Positions 38,223-47,890 are shown, counted from the stretch's first letter. The stretch is DNA of 53,604 nucleotides from Candidatus Curtissbacteria bacterium (GCA_016183325.1 JACPEV010000016.1:1-53604), one strand, 5' to 3'. Program-made: numbers and translations. The notes: generated by a model from the letters alone, not told the origin.

Positions 38223-39626
38223 ATGATTGATCTTAGAAAAGTTTTAACGCTCACAAGATCCGGCGAAATCGAATTTGTCGATTTACGTTTCGTCGATCTG
38301 CGCGGTGTTTGGCAGCATATGTCAATTCCGGCACATGAACTGAAAGAAAAAAATTTAGAGATGGGTTATGGGTTCGACGGCTCAAGCATCCGCGGTTTTC
38401 AGACAATCTCAGAAAGCGACATGCTTTTGATGCCGGATGTCAAAACTTTTTTTTTCGATCCGTTTTTTGAAAAAACAATAAATGTAATTTGCAATGTTTT
38501 CGATCCTGCAACCGGCAAGAATTACCCAAAAGATCCGCGCTACACTGCCCAAAAAGCCGAAAACTATCTTAAAAAATCGGGCATTGGCGATATTTCTTAT
38601 TGGGGACCGGAAATAGAATACTTCCTGTTCGACAGTCTCGGATACTACGTCTCTCCTTACGAGTCATTTGTCAAAATCGCAAGCTCTGAATTTCCTCCTG
38701 AAGATCCTAACTCTCCAAAAGACGGATATAAAATCCTTCATAAAACCGGCTACTTTCCAGTCCCACCTTTTGATAAGCTTCAAGCTTTTAGATCGGAGTT
38801 TGTTATCTTGCTTGAAAAAAATGGAGTTGAAATCGAAGTCCATCATCACGAAGTTGCCTCCGGCGGTCAGGTTGAAATTGACATGCACTATGACGCACTA
38901 ACTGCCATGGCCGATAAAGTCATGATCTACAAATACTTAGCCAGAAACCTCGCCAAAAAATACCAAATGACTGCTTGCTTTTTGCCAAAGCCGCTTTACG
39001 CTGACAACGGATCTGGTATGCATACACACCAAAGCCTGTTTAAACAGGGCCGAAATCTTTTCTATGACCCAAAGGGATACGCTGAAATGTCCGAAATTGG
39101 TTTTTCTTATCTGGCAGGACTCCTGGTAAATATCAAAACTCTTCTTGCAATTACCAATCCCACAGTCAACTCTTACAGACGACTCGTACCCCACTTCGAG
39201 GCACCGACTTCAATCGCCTTTTCAAAAAGGAACAGGAGTGCCACAGTCAGAATCCCCATGTATTACAAAAAAATTCCCAATGCCAAAAGAATAGAATTCA
39301 GAGTTCCTGATCCAACTTGCAACCCATATTTATCTTTTGCTGCACAATTGGTCTATGGTATTGAGGGCATTAAAAATAAGCTGGATCCCAAAAAACTCGG
39401 TTTTGGCCCGCACGATGAAAATATTTACGAAATGGCAAAGATTGAACAAACCCCAAACAATCTTTTTACCGTTTTGGAAAATCTTAAAAAAGATCAAATA
39501 CTCATAAAAAGCGGCGTCTTTGACGCCCAGCTAGTCAACAGCTATCTGGATGTCAGAACCGAAGACGCCCAGCAAAATCTTCTTTACCCGACACCTGCCG
39601 ATTTCATGTTCTACTCGGACATTTAA
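38223..39626 (+). CDS. glnA: glutamine synthetase type I (beta-like)
   Basis: FDGSSI, HHEVA, KP...DNGSGMHTH, NRSA and RIEFR.PD motifs; GSI-beta insertion; NIYE. Confidence 0.96.
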   Translation: MIDLRKVLTLTRSGEIEFVDLRFVDLRGVWQHMSIPAHELKEKNLEMGYGFDGSSIRGFQTISESDMLLMPDVKTFFFDPFFEKTINVICNVFDPATGKNYPKDPRYTAQKAENYLKKSGIGDISYWGPEIEYFLFDSLGYYVSPYESFVKIASSEFPPEDPNSPKDGYKILHKTGYFPVPPFDKLQAFRSEFVILLEKNGVEIEVHHHEVASGGQVEIDMHYDALTAMADKVMIYKYLARNLAKKYQMTACFLPKPLYADNGSGMHTHQSLFKQGRNLFYDPKGYAEMSEIGFSYLAGLLVNIKTLLAITNPTVNSYRRLVPHFEAPTSIAFSKRNRSATVRIPMYYKKIPNAKRIEFRVPDPTCNPYLSFAAQLVYGIEGIKNKLDPKKLGFGPHDENIYEMAKIEQTPNNLFTVLENLKKDQILIKSGVFDAQLVNSYLDVRTEDAQQNLLYPTPADFMFYSDI

Positions 39627-39634
39627 AAAGATAA

Positions 39635-40966
39635 ATGAATCTGACATTTGCAGTTTTACTGATAATTTTATTAGGAGTTGCAACTACTTTTTTTGCCACA
39701 AACTTTGCCGGAGCATCAGCCGGGGATTTTGATCCGACCACTATTTCAAGCGGCGATACGGCCTGGGTTCTGGCAGCAGCAGCACTGGTTATGATCATGA
39801 CCCCGGCAGTCGGTTTTTTCTATGGCGGCATGGTGCGCGCCAAAAACGTGGTCAGCGTTATCAAGCAATCTTTGGTTATTTTGGCTCTTGTGGGCATTCA
39901 ATGGGTTATTTTGGGTTACAGTCTTGTATTCGGTCGAGACATAAACGGGCTAATTGGAGGTCTTGATTTTTTTGGTCTAAGAAATGTTGGTTTTGCTGCG
40001 AATCCCGATTATGCCGCCACTATCCCTCATTTGGCCTACATGATCTTTCAGGCTATGTTTGCCATAATTACTCCGGCATTAATAATCGGTTCATTTGTTG
40101 AGAGAATCCGCTTCAGAACCCTTGTCCTCTTCATACTTTTATGGGCGACTTTTGTTTATGATCCAATTGCCCATTGGGTCTGGGGAGTCGGCGGATGGCT
40201 AAGAACTTTGGGTGCTTTGGATTTTGCTGGCGGTACAGTTGTTCACATCAGTGCCGGTTTTTCTGCTCTTGCCGCCGCCATTTTAGTTGGTAAAAGAAGC
40301 GATGTTAAAGATCACAAGATCTCAGCCAACAACGTTCCGCTGGTTCTAATTGGCGCTTCACTTTTATGGTTTGGCTGGTTTGGTTTCAATGCAGGCAGCG
40401 CCCTTTCAGCATCACCCCTTGCGGCCAGCGCCTTCGTGGTAACCAATACTGCCGCTGCTGCCGCCGCCTTGGTCTGGATGGTTCTTTCCTGGGCAGAACA
40501 TAAAAAACCAAGCGCACTAGCTACTGCAACCGGTGCGGTCTGCGGCCTTGTCGCAATCACTCCGGCCAGCGGCTTTGTCGGTCCAATTGCATCAATCGCG
40601 ATAGGAATAATTGCAGGAGTGGCGACATATTTGGCCCTACGCTATAGAAGCCTTTATACCAAAATTGATGATACACTCGATGTCTGGGCCGCACACGGTG
40701 TAGGTGGCCTAACAGGAGCGGTTCTTACCGGAGTTTTTGCCGAAAAAGCCATCAACAGCGCTGGCAACAACGGTTTTTTATTTGGCAATCCCGGCCAATT
40801 GCCAATACAGCTGACTGCAGTCGCGGCAACTTCTATTTATGCTTTTATTGCTACCTGGATAATTCTTAAAGTCTTAAGCTTCATAAGTGATCTGCGAGTA
40901 AGTGAAAAAGAAGAAAAACTGGGCCTAGACCAATCTGTCCACGGTGAATCCGGCTACCGCTTTTAA
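39635..40966 (+). CDS. amtB: ammonium transporter
   Basis: DTAWVL, DFAGGTVVH, WFGWFGFNAGS and DDTLDV..HG motifs. Confidence 0.96.
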   Translation: MNLTFAVLLIILLGVATTFFATNFAGASAGDFDPTTISSGDTAWVLAAAALVMIMTPAVGFFYGGMVRAKNVVSVIKQSLVILALVGIQWVILGYSLVFGRDINGLIGGLDFFGLRNVGFAANPDYAATIPHLAYMIFQAMFAIITPALIIGSFVERIRFRTLVLFILLWATFVYDPIAHWVWGVGGWLRTLGALDFAGGTVVHISAGFSALAAAILVGKRSDVKDHKISANNVPLVLIGASLLWFGWFGFNAGSALSASPLAASAFVVTNTAAAAAALVWMVLSWAEHKKPSALATATGAVCGLVAITPASGFVGPIASIAIGIIAGVATYLALRYRSLYTKIDDTLDVWAAHGVGGLTGAVLTGVFAEKAINSAGNNGFLFGNPGQLPIQLTAVAATSIYAFIATWIILKVLSFISDLRVSEKEEKLGLDQSVHGESGYRF

Positions 40967-40985
40967 ACCCCAATACCAGAATTAG

Positions 40986-41018
40986 ATCAATCATTCAAAG
41001 TAAATTGTGCAATCAAAA
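40986..41018 (+). repeat. 33-bp direct repeat, right of the nitrogen module
   Basis: 32/33 identical to 37083-37115. Confidence 0.85.
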
Positions 41019-41108
41019 TATATCACAGTTTTAGACTATTAAGGCAAGACATTTCAGGACCGTCCCTATTCCGGTTATCAACCATAGCAAAGTGTTAAAC
41101 TGAAGATA

Positions 41109-41645
41109 ATGGAGAGAAGAAATCTAGTCTTGCTCCTTGCAGGAATAATCCTATTGGGCATCATTATGGCAACCAATGCCAACTACAGCATAATAGTTTT
41201 TCCGCTGTTTTTGATATTTCTAACTGTTAAAGATCGCGTTGTTCCTCTTTTTAAAAATCTTCCTTTTCCCACATTCTTACTTTTTCTTCTAATAGGTTTA
41301 ATTGTAAGCTTTATTCTAGAATGGGGTGTTGGGGTGGATGAATTAAAGAAAAATCCTTCACATAGTTGGCTTAACAATTGGCTTAGCCTTTCAATCTTTT
41401 ATCTTCTATGGCTCGCTGGATCATATTGGATTATAAAGCGCTTCAAATTAACACCAAAGGGAGTTTTTATTGTAACTTCTCTCTTTGGTATTCTTATTGA
41501 ACAACAATTTCAGTTTTTTCAGATTCTATCTTCGTTTAATCCGGCAATCATAATTTTCTGGGTCTTATATGTTCCTCTTGCTTACACCCCAGTAATTTTA
41601 ATCCCGTATCTAATTTTGAAAAATAAGACTCTAAACAATGGATAA
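41109..41645 (+). CDS. hypothetical multi-TM membrane protein
   Basis: 178 aa, five to six TM segments. Confidence 0.7.
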   Translation: MERRNLVLLLAGIILLGIIMATNANYSIIVFPLFLIFLTVKDRVVPLFKNLPFPTFLLFLLIGLIVSFILEWGVGVDELKKNPSHSWLNNWLSLSIFYLLWLAGSYWIIKRFKLTPKGVFIVTSLFGILIEQQFQFFQILSSFNPAIIIFWVLYVPLAYTPVILIPYLILKNKTLNNG

Positions 41646-41810
41646 AAAGATTATAAAGAATTTTTAAAGTCTATTGAAAAAAACACTCAACATTAACTAC
41701 GGAAGCTGTAGGAGGCGTTAAGGACGTATTCGTGATGAGGGAATTAAAGAAAGTAATTTTAGAAATTGCCCTCCATGATCCTAAATTATTGCAGTGAAAA
41801 ATTGTACGAT

Positions 41811-41958
41811 TATATATCACAAGTTTCGCAGTTGTCATTCTGGTAAGTCGAGTCTGACTCGACGCATCCAGAATCCTCACTTTTTGTAGATTCTGGGCAA
41901 GTCCTAGACCCGGACCTTAGGGCCAGAATGACAAAAAGTGCGAAATTCGTGTATATAT
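41811..41958. repeat. TGTCAT doublet inside imperfect outer inverted repeats (MITE-like)
   Basis: tatatcacaagtttcgca ... tgcgaaattcgtgtatata enclose 41833-41933. Confidence 0.6.
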
Positions 41959-41971
41959 TCACAAAAGAGAT

Positions 41972-42283
41972 CTATGATTTTTTTAACAATTTTGCTCTGT
42001 GCGTTAAAATATTACCCCAAGTCATCATCTTCTCAGCCCACAAAAGTTCATTTTGAATTTTTTCCATTCTTTTTAGCTTTCCCCAATTCTTCAAAAATGT
42101 CAGGAATGTTTTTTTAAAAGAATTTTTGAGTTTCGACTTATCAACCTCTTTGACATAGTCGGATGTTTGATCAACAAATGTTTCGATCCTTTTCTTTCTG
42201 TTGTCAAATCCATCCGCCGCCCAATTACCAATCCGATTCAAGTTAACTGCAATATTTAGTATTTGTGTCTTTTGATCAATCAT
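41972..42283 (-). CDS. small helical hypothetical protein
   Basis: 103 aa, ILNIAVNLNRI; overlaps the DUF5674 stop. Confidence 0.7.
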   Translation of the reverse strand: MIDQKTQILNIAVNLNRIGNWAADGFDNRKKRIETFVDQTSDYVKEVDKSKLKNSFKKTFLTFLKNWGKLKRMEKIQNELLWAEKMMTWGNILTHRAKLLKKS

Positions 42284-42611
42284 TTATCAACAATCTTTTG
42301 ACAACCTCATCAAATTTTTTCCGGATTCCGGCGTCTAAAATCTCCCGGCTAGGATTATTCTGAGTTGGCCTCAAATTGATCATCGAATTGTAATCAATCT
42401 GACCGCTTTCAATATCCAAACCACCACCCCAAAGATTCTCCTGCGCTGATCCATCAGCTATCAGCATTTTCTCGGCGTCCGCATGAAATTCTCCTCCGCC
42501 TGCCAAGATTTTTTTCTCCAAATCAACGACCACTTTAATATAACCCTCATAATCCTCAGCCATTTGTTTAGTTTCTTCTTGATTTGCCTTTTTGCGAATT
42601 ATTAAAATCAT
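42276..42611 (-). CDS. DUF5674 family protein
   Basis: IKVVVD....AGGGE.HAD.E..L...GS.QENLWG...YNSMINLRP.Q.N pattern. Confidence 0.85.
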   Translation of the reverse strand: MILIIRKKANQEETKQMAEDYEGYIKVVVDLEKKILAGGGEFHADAEKMLIADGSAQENLWGGGLDIESGQIDYNSMINLRPTQNNPSREILDAGIRKKFDEVVKRLLIND

Positions 42612-42634
42612 TAATGATATTATATGTTATCGAA

Positions 42635-43192
42635 ATGATAGGCAAAAAAGAACTCCTTGAAAAAGAAGTAAGGAAAATTAAAAATTGTAAAGCGTGTAGA
42701 GTTGGCAAAATTGGCAAAGCGGTTCCAGGGGAGGGGAATCCAAATGCCAAAATTGTTTTCGTTGGTGAAGCTCCCGGCAAAACCGAATCACAAACGGGTC
42801 GTCCATTTGTCGGTAGATCAGGGAAATTTCTACGTCAGTTGATAACTCAAATCGGCCTCAAAGAAAAAGATGTCTATATCACAAGTCCCGTAAAGTATTT
42901 GCCAAAGCGGGGTACGCCATCAAGATCAGACATTAATCACGGATTAACCCACCTTGCTAAACAGCTTGAAATTATCAAGCCAGAACTAATTGTACTTTTA
43001 GGTAATATTGCATATAAAGCTCTGATCGATAAATCGGCCTCAATCAATAAATATCACGGCAAAATTATCCAAAAAGACAAACAAAAATATTTCCCCACTT
43101 TTCATCCCGCCGCAGGCATTAGATTTCAAAAAATCAAGAAATTAATCTTGCAAGATTTCCCAAAGCTCAAATTCATAATTCATAATTCATAA
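42635..43192 (+). CDS. uracil-DNA glycosylase, family 4-like
   Basis: VPGEG, VGEAPG, GRPFVGRSG and FHPAA motifs. Confidence 0.9.
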   Translation: MIGKKELLEKEVRKIKNCKACRVGKIGKAVPGEGNPNAKIVFVGEAPGKTESQTGRPFVGRSGKFLRQLITQIGLKEKDVYITSPVKYLPKRGTPSRSDINHGLTHLAKQLEIIKPELIVLLGNIAYKALIDKSASINKYHGKIIQKDKQKYFPTFHPAAGIRFQKIKKLILQDFPKLKFIIHNS

Positions 43193-43203
43193 TTCATAAT
43201 TCT
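43170..43203. repeat. heptamer tandem array over the UDG stop
   Basis: (attcata) x4; encodes the terminal FIIHNS*. Confidence 0.8.
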
Positions 43204-43260
43204 TGCTTCTTACTTCTTATTCCATTGACTTTATATCGCAAAAGACCACATACTAAATTT

Positions 43261-43929
43261 ATGGGCAATTCCAAAAGGGACTCCCAACACCTATTGCTGC
43301 TTATTTTTGGACTTTTACTGATAACATTTTTAGCCTTTGGCGACAGAAGATATATTTATTCGACAGTTCAGCATTCCAGCGCCAAAATCGGCATCAATGT
43401 CAACAATATTGCCACGAACAGTTATGTTAAGTGGATAAAATCCCAATCGGATGAGTTTGAATTAGCCCCAAACCCTATCTTTTTAAATAAACCTGTCGCC
43501 TTTAAAGACATTGTCGCCAGTCAAACTGCTCTAGTTTTAGGTCAACAAACAGGTGCAGGTGACCAAAGATGGATTGAGATCGATCTTTCGGACCAACGCC
43601 TTTATATGAAAGAAGGCGCCACAACCGTCGGTAATTTTTTAGTTTCCACTGGCAAATGGGCACCAACCCCAGTTGGGGAATGGCGTATTTGGATCAAACT
43701 TCGCTACACCAGAATGCAAGGGGGCTCTAAAGCTCTCGGAACTTACTACAATCTTCCCAACGTTCCCTACACTATGTATTATTATCAAGGCTATGGCATC
43801 CATGGCGCCTATTGGCACAATAATTTCGGTAATCCTATGAGTCACGGCTGCGTTAATATGAAACCGGAAGAAGCCGGCATCGTTTTCAACTGGGCCAGCG
43901 TCGGTACTCGCGTAGTCGTGCATGAATGA
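43261..43929 (+). CDS. L,D-transpeptidase (YkuD family)
   Basis: WIEIDLSDQRL, VSTG and IHGAYWH...SHGCVN motifs. Confidence 0.9.
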   Translation: MGNSKRDSQHLLLLIFGLLLITFLAFGDRRYIYSTVQHSSAKIGINVNNIATNSYVKWIKSQSDEFELAPNPIFLNKPVAFKDIVASQTALVLGQQTGAGDQRWIEIDLSDQRLYMKEGATTVGNFLVSTGKWAPTPVGEWRIWIKLRYTRMQGGSKALGTYYNLPNVPYTMYYYQGYGIHGAYWHNNFGNPMSHGCVNMKPEEAGIVFNWASVGTRVVVHE

Positions 43930-44013
43930 CAAAACAATCAACGGGCAAGTTTACCCTGAGCGGAGCCACGTCAGACGTGGCACAGTCGAAGGGTCCATGA
44001 ATGATTTGCAAAG

Positions 44014-44511
44014 ATGGACATCTTAATAATTTTCGCTGCGCAATATTTGCTTCCACTTGTAATCTTATTTAGTTTTCTTATTTGGCTACGCTTGGGAAAA
44101 ATCCCCAAAAAGGGAATACTCAAAGTAGGTCTGATAGCTTTTCCCTTGTCATATTTAATTGCAGCAATTTTCAAAATTTTTATTTATGAAAGTCGCCCTT
44201 TCGTCGTCGAAAACGTCAAGCCATTAATCCCTCACGCGCCAGACAATAGTTTTCCTTCAGACCATACTCTTTTGATACTGACAGTTGCCTCCGTTTTTTA
44301 TATCTATAACCGTAAACTGGGTATTTTCATCTTCCTGTTGGGCCTAGTTGTTGGTTTGGCCAGGGTCATGGCCAAAGTCCACTATCCGATTGACATCATA
44401 ACAAGCGGTGTAATCGCCATCTTGTCAACTTACGGTGCCAATTTCCTCTTGCTGAAAAACAGCAGAATAAACTCACTGCTCAATCAATTCTCCTCAAGAG
44501 TTGTCAGATAA
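44014..44511 (+). CDS. PAP2 phosphatase (BcrC-like undecaprenyl-PP phosphatase)
   Basis: RPF, SFPSDH and ARV..VHYP.D motifs. Confidence 0.9.
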   Translation: MDILIIFAAQYLLPLVILFSFLIWLRLGKIPKKGILKVGLIAFPLSYLIAAIFKIFIYESRPFVVENVKPLIPHAPDNSFPSDHTLLILTVASVFYIYNRKLGIFIFLLGLVVGLARVMAKVHYPIDIITSGVIAILSTYGANFLLLKNSRINSLLNQFSSRVVR

Positions 44512-44550
44512 TCAGTAAGCCGCAAGTTTGATCTTGCGATATAATATCAA

Positions 44551-44707
44551 TGAACTCGTTTCAAAACTCATACATTATTGTCATGCTGAACTTGTCTGGA
44601 GTCTAAAGACTCCGACCTGTAAGGTTTCAGCATCTATATAGATCCCGAAACCCATTCGGGTCGATAAAATCAGACGAGTTCGGGATGACACTTTTGAAAC
44701 AGGTTCA
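44551..44707. mobile_element. MITE-like element upstream of prfB
   Basis: tgaactcgtttcaaaa/ttttgaaacaggttca (14/16) enclose a TGTCAT doublet at 44579-44690. Confidence 0.6.
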
Positions 44708-44713
44708 ATCACC

Positions 44714-45721
44714 ATGGAAGAAGTAAAACAAAGAGCGGCAAAGCTCTTAGAAAAATTAAATATCGACGAAAAAAGGCAAAAAATCCGTGAGCTCGAAGCA
44801 GAAAGCACTAGCCCCTCTTTTTGGCAAGATCATGAATCAGCCGCCAAAAAAATGAAAGAGCTATCAAGCCTTCAAAAAGAAATCGAAGAAGCGCAGAAAC
44901 TTCAAGAACTTGTGGAATCCGGCAAATTTGACGATGCACGGAAACTGTTGGTTTCCCTTGAAAAGTATTTATATTTATCCGGCCCTTACGATCAAAACTC
45001 TGCGATTTTATCAATTCACGCCGGCCAGGGCGGTGTTGAGGCAATGGACTGGGTGGCTGTGCTCTCGCGCATGTATCAAAAATTCTTTTCAAGTCAAAAG
45101 TGGGATTATGAGGTCATAGACGAAATTCCTGGTGAAGAAGCAGGATTTAAAACCGTAACCACGATAGTTCGACACGACTTTGCATACGGCCTTTTAAGAA
45201 ACGAAGCAGGAGTCCACAGACTCGTTCGCCAATCCCCATTCAATGCCGCAAACCTTCGCCAAACTTCCTTCGCCCTGGTCGAAGTTATGCCAGAAATCGA
45301 AGAAGAACCCGAAATTGAGATCAAACCCGAAGACATAGAATTTGAAGCCTTCAGATCAGGCGGCCATGGCGGCCAGAACGTTAATAAAGTCTCAACCGCA
45401 GTCAGGCTCAAACACAAACCGACAGGAATCGTTGTCACTTGCCAAACCCAACGCTTTCAAGCTCAAAATAGAGAAAACGCCATGAAACTTCTTAAGGCCA
45501 AACTTTGGAGCATAAAACAGCAGGAAGAAAGAAAAACAAAAGAGGATTTACGAGGCGCCCACGTTACACCGGGCTGGGGTAACCAAATCCGCTCCTATGT
45601 TCTTCACCCTTACAAAATGGTCAAAGACCTGCGCACCAATTACGAAACCGCAGACGCCCAAGGTGTATTGGATGGTAATTTGGAAGAATTCATTAAAGAA
45701 GAACTTCCCCTTACCACATAA
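44714..45721 (+). CDS. prfB: peptide chain release factor 2 (no frameshift)
   Basis: SPF, GGQNVNK and WGNQIRSY motifs in one frame. Confidence 0.96.
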   Translation: MEEVKQRAAKLLEKLNIDEKRQKIRELEAESTSPSFWQDHESAAKKMKELSSLQKEIEEAQKLQELVESGKFDDARKLLVSLEKYLYLSGPYDQNSAILSIHAGQGGVEAMDWVAVLSRMYQKFFSSQKWDYEVIDEIPGEEAGFKTVTTIVRHDFAYGLLRNEAGVHRLVRQSPFNAANLRQTSFALVEVMPEIEEEPEIEIKPEDIEFEAFRSGGHGGQNVNKVSTAVRLKHKPTGIVVTCQTQRFQAQNRENAMKLLKAKLWSIKQQEERKTKEDLRGAHVTPGWGNQIRSYVLHPYKMVKDLRTNYETADAQGVLDGNLEEFIKEELPLTT

Positions 45722-45828
45722 CTGCTTGCTCACACTAAAACTATATTGCTATTTTGCGAAGCAAAAATATCAGAATGACGAATTGCAGCAATCGTCATGG
45801 CTGATATATAATAAATGGCAACCCGACT

Positions 45829-46329
45829 ATGGAAAAAGATCCCCCCCCAAACCGCCCTCTGGATCAATCTAAACTTCAAGATTTAGCCCAGCGTCTTACT
45901 ATTCCCCTAAGGGCCGTTCCGAAAAAAACAAATTTCGCCAAATTTCTGCCAATTGTAATTATCGTTTTAGTAGTAGGCGCGGGTATCTATACCGGCCTTG
46001 TGTTTTCGACAAAAAATAAAGTTCAATCTCAATCAAAAGCGGCAATTGAAGAAGAAAGCTTAACCGGTGAACAGAAGCAATCCTTTAGCCAAACTTTTAG
46101 GGACCAGGCCGAAGGTACGCTTGAGAGAAATGATGAACTGGATAAATATGCCCAGGGTACTCACAAGCTGATACGTCCTGGTGGGGAAGACCAAACAGCT
46201 TACCTAACATCAACGGTTTTAGATCTTGACCAGTACGTTGGTAAAAAGGTAAAAGTTTACGGCGAAACCTTCGGGTCTTCGCAAGTTGGCTGGTTGATGG
46301 ATGTTGGCAAAGTTGAAATTATCCAGTGA
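45829..46329 (+). CDS. hypothetical membrane-anchored protein
   Basis: One TM segment; beta-rich C-terminus. Confidence 0.7.
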   Translation: MEKDPPPNRPLDQSKLQDLAQRLTIPLRAVPKKTNFAKFLPIVIIVLVVGAGIYTGLVFSTKNKVQSQSKAAIEEESLTGEQKQSFSQTFRDQAEGTLERNDELDKYAQGTHKLIRPGGEDQTAYLTSTVLDLDQYVGKKVKVYGETFGSSQVGWLMDVGKVEIIQ

Positions 46330-46341
46330 TTCCACTATCCC

Positions 46342-47028
46342 ATGATACAGTTTGAACAAGTCACCAAAGCCTATCCCAATGGTCAAGTCGCTCTTGAAAA
46401 TATTGATCTTGCCATCGACGATTCAGAATTTGTTTTTATAGTCGGATCATCAGGTGCCGGAAAATCAACTCTTTTAAAATTAATTACCAGGGAAATTTCA
46501 CCAACCTCTGGTAGTATTTTATATAATGGCGAAGATATTCGAAAAATTCCTCCAGACAAATTGCCAATTTTGCGAAGAAGAGTTGGCACAGTTTTTCAGG
46601 ATTTCAAGTTACTTTTCACAAGGACAGTATTTGAAAATGTTGCCGTGCCTCTTGAGGTACGTTCTCTCAAAGATTCTGAGGTAGAAAGACGTGTTTCAAG
46701 TGTCCTTGAAAAAGTCGGTCTTTTAGAAAAAGCCAATGACTTTCCTGTGCAACTTTCGGGCGGTGAAGTCCAAAGAACAGCAATCGCCAGAGCCATCGTT
46801 GGTCAACCGGAAGTTCTTCTAGCTGATGAACCTACTGGAGATCTTGATCCAAAAACGGCAGAAAGCGTCGTTAAAGTCCTGGAGAAAATAAATAAAGAAG
46901 ATAAAACAACCGTTATCATGGCCACTCATAATGCGCAAATTGTTAATCACTTTAAAAAACGTGTCGTCGTTTTGAAAAAAGGTAAAATAGAAAAGGACGA
47001 AAAAGAAGGCAAGTATGAGTCAGATTAA
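46342..47028 (+). CDS. ftsE: cell division ATP-binding protein FtsE
   Basis: GSSGAGKST, VFQDFKLL, LSGGE and DEPTG motifs. Confidence 0.93.
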   Translation: MIQFEQVTKAYPNGQVALENIDLAIDDSEFVFIVGSSGAGKSTLLKLITREISPTSGSILYNGEDIRKIPPDKLPILRRRVGTVFQDFKLLFTRTVFENVAVPLEVRSLKDSEVERRVSSVLEKVGLLEKANDFPVQLSGGEVQRTAIARAIVGQPEVLLADEPTGDLDPKTAESVVKVLEKINKEDKTTVIMATHNAQIVNHFKKRVVVLKKGKIEKDEKEGKYESD

Positions 47029-47890
47029 AAAAACCATAAAAATTCTAAGGCGCAGTCCCTACCAGGCACTTGCTGCGGCACTTGCCATGACCTTAACATT
47101 TTTTGTTGGATCAATCTTCGTAATTTTAATAATCGGTGGCCAATTAATCCTCAATTATGTAGAACAGAGGCCTGAACTGCATATTTTCTTTAAAGATGAA
47201 GCTTCGGATACTAGGATAAGTGAGATTACCCAGATAGTTAAATCAAGTGGTTCTGTCATAAGAGTTAAATATACTTCCAAAGAAGAAGCCTTAGCCATCT
47301 ATCGGGAACGACTAAAGGGGGAACCACTACTTCTCGAATCCGTTACTGCAGATTATTTGCCCAGGTCTATTCAAGTTACCATCAATAAACCTGAGGATAT
47401 CATCTCAATCACTAAATCAGTTGAGTCATTGCCCGAAGTAGACCAGGTTGTATCTTTAACAGATGAGGCTATCAGTAATCTTTCAACTGGTCTCAAAATA
47501 GTTAGAATTGGAGGTATTATTCTTGTCTCAACCTTAATGGCAATATCCTTCCTTATTATTATTATGGTGGTTGGCATGAGAATCGCGCTTCGCCGGGATG
47601 AAATTTCCATAATGAATTTGGTCGGGGCAACAAAATGGTATATCTCACGACCCTTTTTCGTAGAAGGAGCAATATACGGAATCGTTGGGAGCACGATCGC
47701 CGTACTTTTGACATATTCGATGCTTCTTTTCTACTCGCCGAATATTCAGGAATTTTTGGGTGAGATTCAGATATTTCCAGTTTCTCCGCTCTTTTTCGTT
47801 TATCTTTGGGCGGCAGAAGCTCTGGTTGCGATACTGGTTGGTATTATCGGGGCAGCAATAGCCTTATTCCGTTATCTTAAAATTCGCTAA
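47015..47890 (+). CDS. ftsX: cell division permease FtsX
   Basis: SKEEAL and EI.IM.LVGAT...PF.VEG motifs. Confidence 0.92.
   Translation: MSQIKKTIKILRRSPYQALAAALAMTLTFFVGSIFVILIIGGQLILNYVEQRPELHIFFKDEASDTRISEITQIVKSSGSVIRVKYTSKEEALAIYRERLKGEPLLLESVTADYLPRSIQVTINKPEDIISITKSVESLPEVDQVVSLTDEAISNLSTGLKIVRIGGIILVSTLMAISFLIIIMVVGMRIALRRDEISIMNLVGATKWYISRPFFVEGAIYGIVGSTIAVLLTYSMLLFYSPNIQEFLGEIQIFPVSPLFFVYLWAAEALVAILVGIIGAAIALFRYLKIR

Noticed and set aside
44714-44800. programmed +1 frameshift in prfB
   Set aside because: There is no CTT-TGA site; the N-terminus is in frame with SPF and GGQ.
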